The translations under genes and the position numbers were made by a program. A stretch of DNA of 64,000 bases from Octopus sinensis (taxonomy: Eukaryota). The stretch is taken from positions 1 through 64,000 of the forward strand of contig NW_021833611.1 in assembly GCF_006345805.1 (NCBI RefSeq). The letters are read 5' to 3'. This document shows, in pieces, positions 1 through 12,383 of the stretch. Positions within the stretch are counted from its first letter, which is position 1. Every line of letters starts with the position of its first letter. The notes under the pieces were generated by a model. The model worked only from the letters and a program-made list of their open reading frames with translations. It was not told the origin of the DNA and ran no database searches.

Positions 1-2560
1 ACAGGTTTACAGAAACCGAATTAGCGAGTTAATTAAGAGGGCGCTGACGGGAGCCGTCGTTAACAACCGCTGGTGGTACGCCCTGAAAATGGCAATAAAA
101 TCGGAATCGCCCTGACCCGACCTGCCGCGGCTCTCGGCAAGAGAGCGGAGTGTTGTGAAAGTCCCAACACAGCCGCTGACGTGTTGGATGCGATGGCGGG
201 CTTGCGCGAGGGATAAGTCGCCTGGATTGGATGGTTTACCCTACGAGCTGTATTGTCGAATGCCAGACTTGTTTGGCGACCTCTTGGTATCAGTCTACTG
301 CAACTGGCAACAAAACGGGAGAATCCCCGGTTTCGTGAGCCGAGGTGCAGTACGTTGCTGAAGAAGACCCAAACAAGGGGAATTTTATATAATTTCAGGC
401 CCATCACTCTGCTCAACGCAGATTTGAAAATTTTGGCCAAAGTAATAGCGAGAGGTTGGCGCTTGTCATTGGTAAACTGGTCGACAGGGCGCAAACATGC
501 GCCGTGCCGGGCAGAACCATACATGATAACCTCCATCTGATGCGCTACATTGTGACAGGGTAGTTAAGGATCCTGGCATGGGTGAAGCGCTGATAAATTT
601 GGATCAGTCTAAAGCCTTCGATAGGGTCGACCATCGGTACTTGGCGGCCGTCCTCAGGGCGGCTAGCTTCGGCCCCGTCTTCCGCGGTTGGAACGCTACC
701 TTGTATAGCGGCATCCGATCGGTGATTCGGGTGAACGGTCACCTGTCGAAACCGTTTGGCATCACGCGTTCGGTCCGTCAGGGATGTGCCCTGTCGGCGC
801 TTCTGTATGTATTGACTCTCGAGCCGCTACTGAGGAAGCTGGCGACACTGAGGGGCATCCCACGGGAACTGGGTTGCGGGACAAGCGTGTCGGCATATGC
901 GGACGATGCCACCGTCATAGTGTCGAGCGACAAACACATCAAGATGATAGGCGAGACACTAAGAAAATACGAAAGGTGACGGGCAAAGATTAACACGCGA
1001 AAGTCAGTGGGTTTGCTACTTGGCACCTGGAGAAGCAGCCCATGCCGTCCGACTGCGGCTCAGTAGTGGGACGCTGGACGGACGGACCGGTTAAATTGCT
1101 CGGGGTCTGGTTCAGTCCGGACCTCCAAATGGATAAGAACTGGGACGGGATCACGAGTAGAGTGGTCGCTCTCAGCCAACATGGGCCGAGAGAAAGCTGT
1201 CTCTAAAGGCCGGGCGGAGGTGGCGAACGCGTACATCGCATCCGTCATCGATTACCGCCTGACCGTCGTACCTTGTCCCGACGCCACCATCACCAAACTG
1301 GAACGCATACCCTTCCGCTTCCTGTGGAAGGGTGGCGTTCCGATGGTGAGGAAGTCCATTTGCTGTCAACATCCGTTGAATGGAGGACTGGGCATGCCGT
1401 GGTTGATGATGCGCAGGCATGCGCTGAGACTGCGACATCTCTGGAACTTCATCGACGACGGTGAACAGGTGTGGGCGCCGTTTGTGAGGCGCGACTTCCC
1501 GCAGCTCGTCTCACTGACCGAACTGCAAACGTGGATCAAAAAGAGACCGAAACTGGGCGATTGGCACCGAGAGTGTCGCCAAGCTCTACAGCAGCTCTGC
1601 CGACCGGGGTCAAACTTGTGCAACTTACAACGACTAAAGTTCTATAGAGGACTAGTGGAGGGGAGGTCCGACGACACACTCGGGGCAAACCTGGGCGTCG
1701 ACGAAGAATTCCTAACCGCCTGTTCAGGACGACGTTCGGGCCGGGGCCTATGGATAACTTCCAGAAATCCCTGGCTTGGCAGTGCTATCGAGACGCACTA
1801 CCTGTTCGAGAGAAGAGCTACAGACACGGTTCGAAAACCATCACCGGACCGACCTGCCCGAGATGCGGTCAGAGCGACGAAACCGTTCTGCACGCATCCG
1901 TGCAGTGTCCAGATATTTCAGAGCTGTGGACCTTTGTCGAACAGCTGTTGTCACGTGTAGGTCGGGCTCGCCTATCGGCCGAGTCTATCGTCAATGTTGT
2001 TCCACCACCTTCCTTTAAACGGGAAGGGAAAACGGTTTTCCTTACGCTGATGGCTATGGCGAAAGAATGTGTGTGGTAGACGCGTTTGAAAGGACTGCAA
2101 ACAAACACCTTCCTCTCTGCTCAGTCTCTCGTCAACTTTTTCAAGTACCACTTGAAAAGGAGGATGAGAATAGAGAGGAAGGCTTTGTCGAACGATTGTT
2201 TTAATAAAAAGTGGGTAAAAGTGGCAAAAATGATCAGTATGAAAGACGACACTATTTTAAGCATAAATCTGTAACCAAAAGAGACAACGCGAAGTAAGGC
2301 AACTTACTCATGTGTTCTTTTTCGAATTGTCTGAGGTGACCTTGGTCTTTTTTGTAGGTTTTTCTTTCCAAGGCTACACCTAACTGTGAACCTATATATA
2401 TATATATATTGCTTTTTTATACACCACACAACCCACAGATCCCTATTGATCAAATTTTTTTTTTTGTGCCCCACCCATCCCACCTCGAAAGAAAAAATTC
2501 TACATTGTATTTCGTCGTCATTTTATTCTGTGTTTAGCCCTGTGTGGCTACAATAAAAAG

Positions 2561-2561
<1 letters not shown>
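1..2561 (+). mobile_element. Tx1/L1-clade LINE copy A (ORF2 RT to 3' end; 5' part outside window)
   Basis: Frameshifted ORFs carry KSPGLDGLP, FRPITLLNADLKILAK, LDQSKAFDRVDH, VRQGC(A)LS, AYADD and the CCHC motif CPRCGQSDETVLHASVQC. Stop at 2274. The 3'UTR ends CAATAAAAAG before the TATC array. Confidence 0.95.
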
Positions 2562-2627
<66 letters not shown>

Positions 2628-2640
2628 CTATCTATCTATC

Positions 2641-2676
<36 letters not shown>

Positions 2677-2690
2677 ACTATCTATCTGTA

Positions 2691-2729
<39 letters not shown>

Positions 2730-2779
2730 TCTATCTATCTATCTATCTTATCTATCTATCTATCTATCTATCTATCATA

Positions 2780-2830
<51 letters not shown>

Positions 2831-2856
2831 ATATCTATCTATCTAACTATCTATCT
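2562..2856 (+). repeat. (TATC)n microsatellite joining LINE A to LINE B
   Basis: Direct reading. Confidence 0.98.
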
Positions 2857-5800
2857 GACCCGGAGGGTAGATTAGTCGTCCTGGATGTCGACGGCAGCAA
2901 TGGGTGCGCTTTTCGACTCGTATCAGTCTACGCACCGCCCTTAACAAGTCGGGTGGATTTCTTTCAACGTCTTGAAGTATTCTAGGGAACGTCTCGTCCT
3001 TTACTCTTACTGGGGGATTGGAATGCTACCTTGGACACGCAAGTAAACTACGTGGGTAGAGATAGGAATAGACGGGGATGCAGATGCCTCAGAGACCTGC
3101 TCAGACGCTTTCAACTGTCTGACAGTTTCCGACTAGACCACCCGAATGCGCCAACGTGGACATGGAGCAACCGCATCGGGACGTCGAGATCGTATCTAGA
3201 TAGGATACTGTGTAGGACAGTAGATAGAGATAGCATAGGATGTCCACAATTCCACATAGTCAGCTACACGGATCACAACTTGTGACATGTACGCTAGACT
3301 TAGGTAAACACTTAGGCAGGGTCCCGGATACTGGAAACTAAACGCGTCTTTCCCATCGAGACAGGTTTTCAGAAACCGGATTAGCACACTAGTAAAGAGA
3401 GCTTTGACGGAGCCATCATCAACAACAAATGGTGGTTTGCCCTCAAGAGAGCAGTAAAAGCAGAAGCGGTTAGGTACAGCAAAGCACTAGCCATAGATAG
3501 AATAGAGTAGAGGGTGAGCTAGTTAAGAAGCTAGAAGAGGCAATTAGAAGCGGCATCGCATCCGACGTTTTGCGGCGAGGTTGGCCCTCGACCAACACTT
3601 CAACGCCAAACACGAAGGTGGTGCTGTCACAGCTAGGAGGCGTGCTCTAAGGAACGAAGGGTTGGAGCCGCGAGAGAGGCCCGGGTGGCAGAGGCGCAAC
3701 AAGGGCAACAAAGCCACCATTCGGTCTCTGGTAGATGAACAGGGGCGCGAATTGCTCGAGCCAAGTAAAATGTGTGAGGCCTTTCAACAGCATTTTGCCC
3801 GACTGTTCGGGACGAGTGGAGGGCAAGAACGTAGGGTGGACTTCAGTGCCTACCACGCCTCCAACAAGAGAGGCAAGGTGCTGCGAAGGTGCCATCACGG
3901 CGGCAGAAGTGCAGGACGCGATGGCAGAATGCTCGAGGGTTTGGATGGTCAACAATACGGGCTTTACAATTGTATGCCAGAGTTGTTTGGAGATCTCTTG
4001 GCAGCGGTGTACTGCAACTGGCAGCAAAACGGGAGCATTCCTGGTTTTGTGAGCCGAGGAGCCGTAACACTGCTGAAGAAAGATCTAAACAAGGGAAATG
4101 TAATAGATAACTTTAGGCCCATCACTCTGCTTAATGCAGACTTGAAAATTTTGGCTAAGGTGCTAGCCAAGAGGTTGGCTCTTGTCATCGAGAAACTGGT
4201 CGACAGGGCGCAAACATGCGTCGTGCCAGGCCGGACCATCCATGACAACCTCCACCTGATGCGCTCCATCATAGACAGGGTAGTTAACGAACCCGGCATT
4301 GGTGGGGCGCTGATCAACTTGGATCAATCGAAAGTTTTCGATAGGGTGGACCATCGATACTTGGAGGCAGTCCTCAGAGCGGCTGGCTTCGGTCCCGTCT
4401 TCCGCGGCTGGATAGCCGCTTTGTACAGAGGCATCCGTTCGGTAATTCGCGTAAATGGACATCTATCGAGACCTTTCGACGTCGCATTTTCGGTCCGTCA
4501 GGGATGCCCTCTCTCGTTGCTTCTATACGTATTGACTCTCGAGCCACTATTGCGGAAGCTGGAAACTTTGAGGGGCATCCCGCGAGAACTGGGATGCGGG
4601 ACGAGCGTGTCTGCATACGCGGACGACGTCACCGTCATAGAGTCTAGCCACGAGCACATCGAGCAGGTCGGCGAGATACTGAAAAACTGCTAAGCGGTGA
4701 CAGGAGCGAAAATCAACCGGGAAAAGTCAGTGGGCTTGCGACTAAGCACCTGGAGAAGCAAGCCCATGCCGTCCACCAGCGCCTCCGTTGTGGGACGCTG
4801 GACGGACGGTCCGGTCGAGTTGCTCGGGGTCTGGTTCGGTCCGGACCTCCAAGTGGAGAAGAACTGGAACGAGATAACGAGTAGGATGGTCACTCTCACC
4901 CGGCAATGGGCTGAGAGGAAACTGTCCCTAAAAGGTCGGGCGGAGGTGGCGAACACGTACATCGCGTCCGTCATCTACAACCGCCTGACCGTCGTGCCTT
5001 GTCCCGACCCGACCATCACCAAACTAGAACGCATTCTCTTTCGCTTCTTGTGGAAAGGATGCGTCCCGATGGTCAGGCGATCCATTTGCTGTCATCACCC
5101 GTTAAAAGGAGGACTGGGCATGCCATGGTTGATGATGCGCAGCCACGCGCTGGGACTGCGACATCTCAGGCTCTATGTAGACGATGGTGAACAGTGTGGT
5201 CGCCGTTTGTGAGGCACGCTTTCCCGCAGCTCGTCTCCATGACCGAACTGCAGTCGTGGATCAAAAGAGGCCGAGGAAGGGCGAATGGACCCGCGACCGC
5301 GAGTGTCGCGTTGCTCTCAAGCAACTCTGGCGTCCTGGGTCAACCTTAGTGACTCCATCACAGCCAAAGCATTCTATAGGGGATTAGTGGAGGGTAGGTA
5401 CGACGACGAGCTCGGGGCGAACCTGGACGTCGACGAGGAATACCTGACCAGCCTGTTCAGGAGGACTTTCGGGTCAGGGCCCATGGACAACTTCCAGAGA
5501 TCCCTGGCCTGGCGGTGCTTTCGAGAAGCGCTACACGTTCGGGATAAGCTCTAGAGACACGGCTCGAGAAGCACGGGGCCGACCTGCCCGAGATGCGGTC
5601 AGAGCGACGAAACCGTTCTGCACGCACTCGTGCAGTGTCCAACAATTTCCGACCTGTGAGCTTATGTCGAACGACTGCTGTCACGTGTGTGACGAGTCGG
5701 TTTATCAGCTGAGTCTATCGTCAATATTGTCACGCCTCCTTCCTTCAAACGGTAAGGAAGAGCTATTTTCATCATCCTTGTGGCTATGGCGAAAGAATGT

Positions 5801-6423
5801 ATCTGGTGGACGCGTCTGAAAGGATTGGAGACAAACACTTTCCTCTCTGGTCAACTTCACATCAACTTCTTCAAGTATCACTTGAAGAGGAAAGTGAGAG
5901 TAGAGAGGCAAGTTTTGTCTAGCGAATGTTTTAAAAAAAGATGGGTGAATGTAGCAAGGATGGCGCGTATGAATGACGAAGCCACCTTGAGCATAATCCT
6001 ATGAACCCAGAAATTTAAAACAGACGGTTACCCACTTGCAAACAAATGTGGTAACATACAACAATATTGACCGAGGTTACAGTGGTCTTTTTCGTAGGCT
6101 TTTCTTCCCACAGATAAACCTTATCTGCTTTCTCCTTTACACCGTACATCATGACACTGTGATACACGATCCCCATTGATCATTTTTTTCTCTCCCCTTT
6201 TTTTCCTCTTTTTTTTTCTCTTTTCCTTTTTTCTTTTCTTTTGGTCCTTTTCCCTTTTTTTTCCTTTTTTTTTCTGTTTTTCTTTTTTTTGTTCTCTTTT
6301 CCCTTTCACGATCCCCTTTGATCGAAAACCTACGCCATCTATTTTTTTTCTCCCCCAAAAGAAAAGCTCTACCTTGTAACTTGTCCCATCTGTGTGCAGC
6401 CCTGTGTGGCCAATAAAGAAACT
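2857..6423 (+). mobile_element. Tx1/L1-clade LINE copy B, 5'-truncated inside the endonuclease (starts at DPEG)
   Basis: APE motifs (LLGDWNA, WTW..SRSYLDRI, YTDH), RT in 3581-4693, CCHC, stop at 6004. T-rich 3'UTR ends CAATAAAGAAAC then TTATC. Confidence 0.95.
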
Positions 6424-6573
6424 TATCTATCTATCTATCTACCACTTACATAGAAAATAGATAGCAGCCAATTTTGTCAGTGTTGTTTTGAATTGAATTT
6501 ATGGCATCGTACTTAAATAAACCCATCACTTCCATAATGTTTCCATACATCAGATGCAATGACAAGAAATGAC

Positions 6574-6669
<96 letters not shown>

Positions 6670-6680
6670 CTATCTATCTA
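6574..6680 (+). repeat. (TATC)n microsatellite (unoccupied)
   Basis: Direct reading. Confidence 0.97.
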
Positions 6681-7479
6681 CCACTTCTCTAGAAAATACA
6701 TAGCAGCCACTTTTGTTAGTAATGTTTTGAACTGAAATTATTGCATTGTGATTGAATAAATACAACACTTACATATTTCTCCCATACATCTGATGCAACA
6801 GTTTATCTAATGACACCAAATGATGGAAAGCAATGCTATGAACACACAGGTTCGTGAATATCCCTGCGTGAATCCAGAATAATATTGAAGACAGCTGATG
6901 GATGGGTCTTCCTCTCTCTCTTTTCGCATTTTTCCTCTATGAAACATGAATTACGTATATTAATTGTATATTACATCAATTAATATATAATAGTCTGACA
7001 GCTTGGCCATGAACTACCATTTTTGAATGTATAACTGTGACAGCATGCATCTATCTATCTATCTATCTATCTAAACGAAAGCACTGACAGCTGACACCAT
7101 CGATAGACTTGGAGAAAGGAACTTGAAGGGAAGACCACGTTGATAGCAACAGAAGACACTGTATCTAAGTGAAGAGAAAAGAAATATGAAGTAGTGGAAG
7201 CTTTTCTCAATTATTTACTTCAATGGGCATTAACTCCTCAAGGTTTTTATTTTCGGAACTGAATTCGATTGGGAAGCAGAGGAAAAACCCAAGCAGGTTA
7301 GTGTATTGCAGTATGACCGTATAATATATTATTATATATATATATATATAGGCATACACACACCACACACACACACCACACACACACCACACACACACAC
7401 ACAACCACACACACACCACACACACAACACACACACACACCACATATATATATATATATATACATGGATATGCGTATAT

Positions 7480-7670
7480 ATAGTTGAAATTTACAGAAAA
7501 ACAAATGACGAAGATAGGTAATAGAAACAAGGAGCAGGTGTCTTAGTTTGACGCACAGGAAAGTCAGAAAGTCTTTTATGTTTCGAGCATATGCTCTTCA
7601 ACAGAAAAGAACGCAGGAAATAAACAGAGAACAAAAGAATGAAAATAAAAAGTGAGAGAATAAACACACA
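7480..7670 (-). mobile_element. Penelope-like terminal repeat remnant with hammerhead-like core
   Basis: Minus strand reads CTGTTGA-A-GAGC-ATAT-GCTC-GAAA-CAT-A-AAAGA; similar to 26280-26470 and 43760-43920. Confidence 0.6.
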
Positions 7671-7682
7671 CACACATACACA

Positions 7683-7738
<56 letters not shown>

Positions 7739-7873
7739 AATATATATATATATATAATATATATATATAAATATATATTGTACGCATGTATGTATGCATG
7801 ATAGATAGATGAATGTTTACGCAGTTATACACTCAAAACAGTACTTCTCGGCAAGCTCTCAGATTATAAAGTA

Positions 7874-7980
7874 CTAGCATTTGACCCGTCGTTGCCGGTC
7901 ATAGTGCTATTGCATGTAATATATGTGTATATATATATATGTACATATTACATGTACTTCTATATATACACATCTACACA
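7874..7980 (-). mobile_element. Helitron 3' terminus
   Basis: CTAG followed by T on the minus strand, with GACCCG..CCGGTC hairpin about 6 nt away; similar to 9540-9660. Confidence 0.65.
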
Positions 7981-8049
7981 TAAAATACAAAATACAAAGT
8001 TATATCTTGATATCGCTAGTGATAACAATACTCAAAATATATAACAGAC

Positions 8050-8570
8050 TGGAATTGTAGGCTCGTCTCTTGCAATTTCGATCAATTGTATCTTGTCCTC
8101 CCTCTTGTATAGAAGTGTGGCTACAATCCAGCCTACCTCTACTTCAGGGGGATATTTTAAATTTTTATCCGGGACGTCCTACGTCCCAGATATAAAGCTA
8201 AAAATAAAATACTTCCACTTTGCAAGGTTCGAGTCGAGTACTCCCTCGCACGCTCCGTTGACTCGAACTTTGCTTCTATTGTGGCGAATTTACCGCCTCT
8301 GGTTAGATATTCTTCACAGTCACACCAAGACACTTTTATATGGTGCTTTCCTCCAGGTGTTCAATCTTTTTTTTCTCTCTATATTGTATACTTTATAGAC
8401 AATAGTCTTCTTTAATTTATTTTTATTTCGTTGGTGGTGTTTATCCTAGTTTTCACCGTCTTTGTCGGTGATCAATCTGTATTTCTTCCATTTTAATTTC
8501 AATAAGTTTCGCGCCCGCCGACGGCTGCAGCGAAATTCATTTTTGGACTTTCTTCTATTAAAGGCATTTT
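8050..8570 (-). pseudogene. Degraded ORF1 of a related Tx1-like LINE
   Basis: Minus-strand translation MNFAAAVG..KKTIVYK..KCL..EYLTRGGKFATIEAKFESTERAREYST..IPPEVEVGWIVATL aligns by eye with ORF1 of copies C and D. Confidence 0.7.
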
Positions 8571-9184
8571 AACAAAAATGCTTCGCGTAAATTCGGCGTA
8601 AATAGTGAAATATTGTCAATTTCCCCAAACAGGCACCACAATTCAATTTTAAATAAACAATAACCAAAGCTCCTCCCAAAGGGGGGAGGGTACAGTTACA
8701 GTTATTTAACAAATGCAAACACAACAATGTTTCTTTTACGAGGAACAAGAAGAAACGTGTGATAACAATAGTTAAACAGTAATAATAATAACAACAAACC
8801 TTACGATGGGTCAGAAAGCAGTAAGCAGTAAGCAGTAGAAGCTTTAGTCCTTTATGTATAAGAAATAAACCAACAGGCCCGGCTGTTCAAGAAAACAGAC
8901 ATTACATACAGCCAAACTTCATATAGATACTTAATGCTAGCTAATTAGCTGATAATCTAATGTAAAAGCACAGCTCCATCTGGACTATTCCATTTCTGCA
9001 CGCTAATTTTATTCCCATTCATGTGAAACCACTTATTCAAGTTCAAGTCATTGATGCAATTTTATACCAATTGCTATTTTTACTTTTGTTATGTTACGAT
9101 TATATTATACTTTAGTTTGATTTTTTAATTATTACTACTACATATACTTCAATTGTTATTATTATTTTTATTGTTGAAGTGAAA

Positions 9185-9436
9185 GCATCTGACATAAAAT
9201 TGAGAAATGTTTTTGTTTCACTTTTAACACGTAATACTGAAATAGAACCGGCGGAGAACATATGATATTGCTTTGGGCTCGCTCTAGGCAAGAAGTTGAA
9301 CAGTTTTTTTGCCCATGAAACTACATGGACCCTAAGTAAGACATGTGTAAAATTTGAATGAAATTGGTTGTTTAGTTCTCAAGTTTTAGGGAAACACACA
9401 GACAGACACACATTCTCACTTTTATATATATAGAGA
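9185..9436 (-). mobile_element. Helitron 5' terminal segment
   Basis: Minus strand begins A|TCTCTATATATATAAAAG with ACACACAGACAGAC subterminal motif, as in the Helitrons at 23069 and 55713. Confidence 0.65.
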
Positions 9437-9473
9437 TTAATTGATGTAATATGCACACAGACATACAGGCATA

Positions 9474-9475
<2 letters not shown>

Positions 9476-9531
<56 letters not shown>
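9476..9531 (+). repeat. (TATC)n upstream of LINE C
   Basis: Direct reading. Confidence 0.95.
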
Positions 9532-9532
<1 letters not shown>

Positions 9533-9539
9533 ATATATA

Positions 9540-9815
9540 CTAGCATTAAAGACCCTTCGTTGCCGGGTCATAGTGCTAGTGCATGTATATATGTGTATAT
9601 ACATGTGTACATATTACATGTACATCTATATATATATGCATCTATATATATATATACATCTATATATATACATATATGCATTTATGTATGTGTATATTTA
9701 TATATAGATACATACACACACACACGAGCATACATACACACACACACGAGCATACATACACACACACACGCACACACACACGCACACACACACACACACA
9801 CACGCACGCGCGGAC
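9540..9815 (-). mobile_element. Helitron 3' terminus plus internal microsatellite
   Basis: CTAG at 9540-9543, GACCC..GGGTC hairpin, homologous to 7874-7980. Confidence 0.6.
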
Positions 9816-10619
9816 ATATACCGTAGTCTCTCGCCATATCGCAGTTCACCTGTCACGTCCTCATTATAGCCCAGGTTTCCGCGGACGACAGGTATTTACA
9901 GCCTTTTTGATTTTAATTATTTGTGTTGGGATCTTTTCGGTTTGAACGACAGTTTTTAACATAACAGTTTCACCCCTAGGGGCCGTTTCACCCCTAATTA
10001 TATTGTATATTTTTCTTCTCGACATTAAAAAATGCCGAGAAATTTTATTGTAGAATGCTGGTCAAATTCCTTTATGGGCCAGCATTTTCGTAGCCTTGAA
10101 ACGCTAGGTGAAAAAAAGAACTTATGCACGCACACACATTCGACAAAGACAAACTTGAGTGACGTGGAAGTGAAACGCTGCAACCACTTGCGGTAACAGC
10201 CCTGTCCCCCACCACCACCATCACCACCACCACTAACAACAACAACGAGACTACTACTGCTGCCACCACCACCACCAACCACCCCCCACCACCACCACCG
10301 CACCCACGGCCCGCCTCATCCACTACCTCAACTACCAACAACAACAACAACAACAATGACAACAAGAATAGCAACAATTGCGCCACCATTTTGATATCTG
10401 CTGCCACGGCTGTCTCTTCTGCCACTAACACCGCCGCCAACACCAACAACAAAAACAACAATAACAACAATAACAATTCCGTTCAGACCTTGTTTCCTCC
10501 AACACCAAGAACTGAAGGAGATAAACAAAAGATCGTGACCACCAAACGAATTGACGAAAGCTGATCAAGCGCAGGAACAAATTATGCAAGTAATTTTCCA
10601 CCCCTTCCTACTTTCACAA

Positions 10620-12314
10620 TCAAACATCAGACACCAAATATAGCAATTTTACCAACTGCAGCCAACAACAACATCACCACCACCAGCAACAACAATAACA
10701 AAACAACAACAAATTTCGCCGAGGCGATAAAAGAAAAAAAACCAGTATTTTTTACTGCACAACAGATAAAAGATACCAAAGTTTTAATAACTAAGGAAGA
10801 TGGCAAAGTAAAAATAAACATGCCACAACAAATGCTAGAAAATGAAAAAAAAAGAACTATTATATATAAAATAATTAATAAGAAAACAAAAAGTCCAGAG
10901 AAGGCTAACAAGCAAAATCGAAAAATGCTTGCAACCCATCTGGAACTTCAAAGAATATGTGACCTGGTGGAACAAGTTCGCGCATATACAAGTGGTTTTC
11001 CACGCTGAAGAGTTAGCAAAACGTTTCTCAACGCTAACTCTTCATTCGGATGAACTCACATTAATACCAAGCTATCGTGGACAGAGAGTGACTAAGGTCA
11101 CTTTAAACAATGTCCCAAAAATAGCGAACAATCTATGGCTAGCAACGGCCATATGTGTGGAAATGGAAGATTTCACAATTTTACACACTACGGTCACGGA
11201 ACACAAAAACTGGGTGGGAAAAAGAGTAGAATTGCTACTACACATCAACCAAGATGATATCAAGAAAATACCCACCCAGATATATATATCAGAAGACCAC
11301 AAGTTGTATGTGGTCGTCGAGGGCAGAAGACCACGTTGCTACATACGCGGCAGTGAGCAACATCTAAAAAAAAGATTGCAAATCTGCCGCAAGAAAACAA
11401 CAGCAACAACAGCAGCCGGATAAAACAAAAAAGCCAGCTTTACTACCCACACCACAGTTTGCACAAACAATAAAAGGACTAATCACAGAAAATCAACAAA
11501 AAACAAACCTACCCAACCAAACAATACCACCACTGCAACCAAGGACAGAACACATCAACAACAACAACCAGAATAAACCAACTCTCAAACCAAGAAAAAA
11601 AAAACATCGAAAAACAAAAACAAGCATCGAAAAGGAAGAAACAATTACTACTCCAAATTCACACAAAACCTGACACCCCAACAACACAACAATACCTACA
11701 ATCACTCAAACACAAAACCCACCACCCCACCTACCAAACCCCATACACCACACCCACACCTAACGCTCACCAACCAACACCAACAACAAAATCAACAGTC
11801 TAAATAGACCCAATATACTTTTTCCCTCCCACTCTCTGATTCCTTTGACTTGTCATTAGATGAAGAAGACACAGAGGATTTGGCAAATAGCCACAGGAGA
11901 GGAGGAGAAAAATGGGGAAAAAAGAATAGAAAAGATAACAAACAAACAGGAATTCATCACTTCCGAAACAAAAACATCCACAGAAAACGAACACATCAAC
12001 ACAACACACCATCATCAAACCCCCCAACAATGTTGACAGCCATAAACACAAGCAACCACGACTAATGGAATACATTAGGTCAAACACCAACATAACTGAA
12101 AAACGACATAAAAACAAATAACCACCCCACGCACAACATCACCACAACACACATTAAAATAATACACGTAACACAGAACACACACAGCACCCTGAAATCT
12201 CTCTACCCTGATGCAGTAGGGAGATTTCAAAAATACTTATCAAAGAAACTTTTTAAAAACCTCATGGGCTAAGACTGTGAGGTGAAAAACAAAAGACTTT
12301 CGGACAACAAGTAA
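10620..12314 (+). pseudogene. LINE C ORF1 (RRM-like region, CCHC knuckle, T/P/K/Q-rich tail), disrupted
   Basis: ORF 10929-11423 plus frameshifted flanks; ends LKSLYPDAVG..DNK*. Confidence 0.8.
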
Positions 12315-12383
12315 CCTTTACTCTCTCTCTTTCTTTTTTTCGCACTTTCTTTTCGTGTGTAAAACACAATTTTTTATAGGAAC

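Noticed and set aside
2544-2846. YLSI-, HT-, CV-, YI- and MYVC-repeat ORFs throughout the track
   Set aside because: Translations of TATC, CA, TG, TA and TACA microsatellites.
3581-4693. Bacterial retron, group II intron or defence-associated RT
   Set aside because: Fused to an APE endonuclease and CCHC domain with an ORF1; a typical non-LTR layout.
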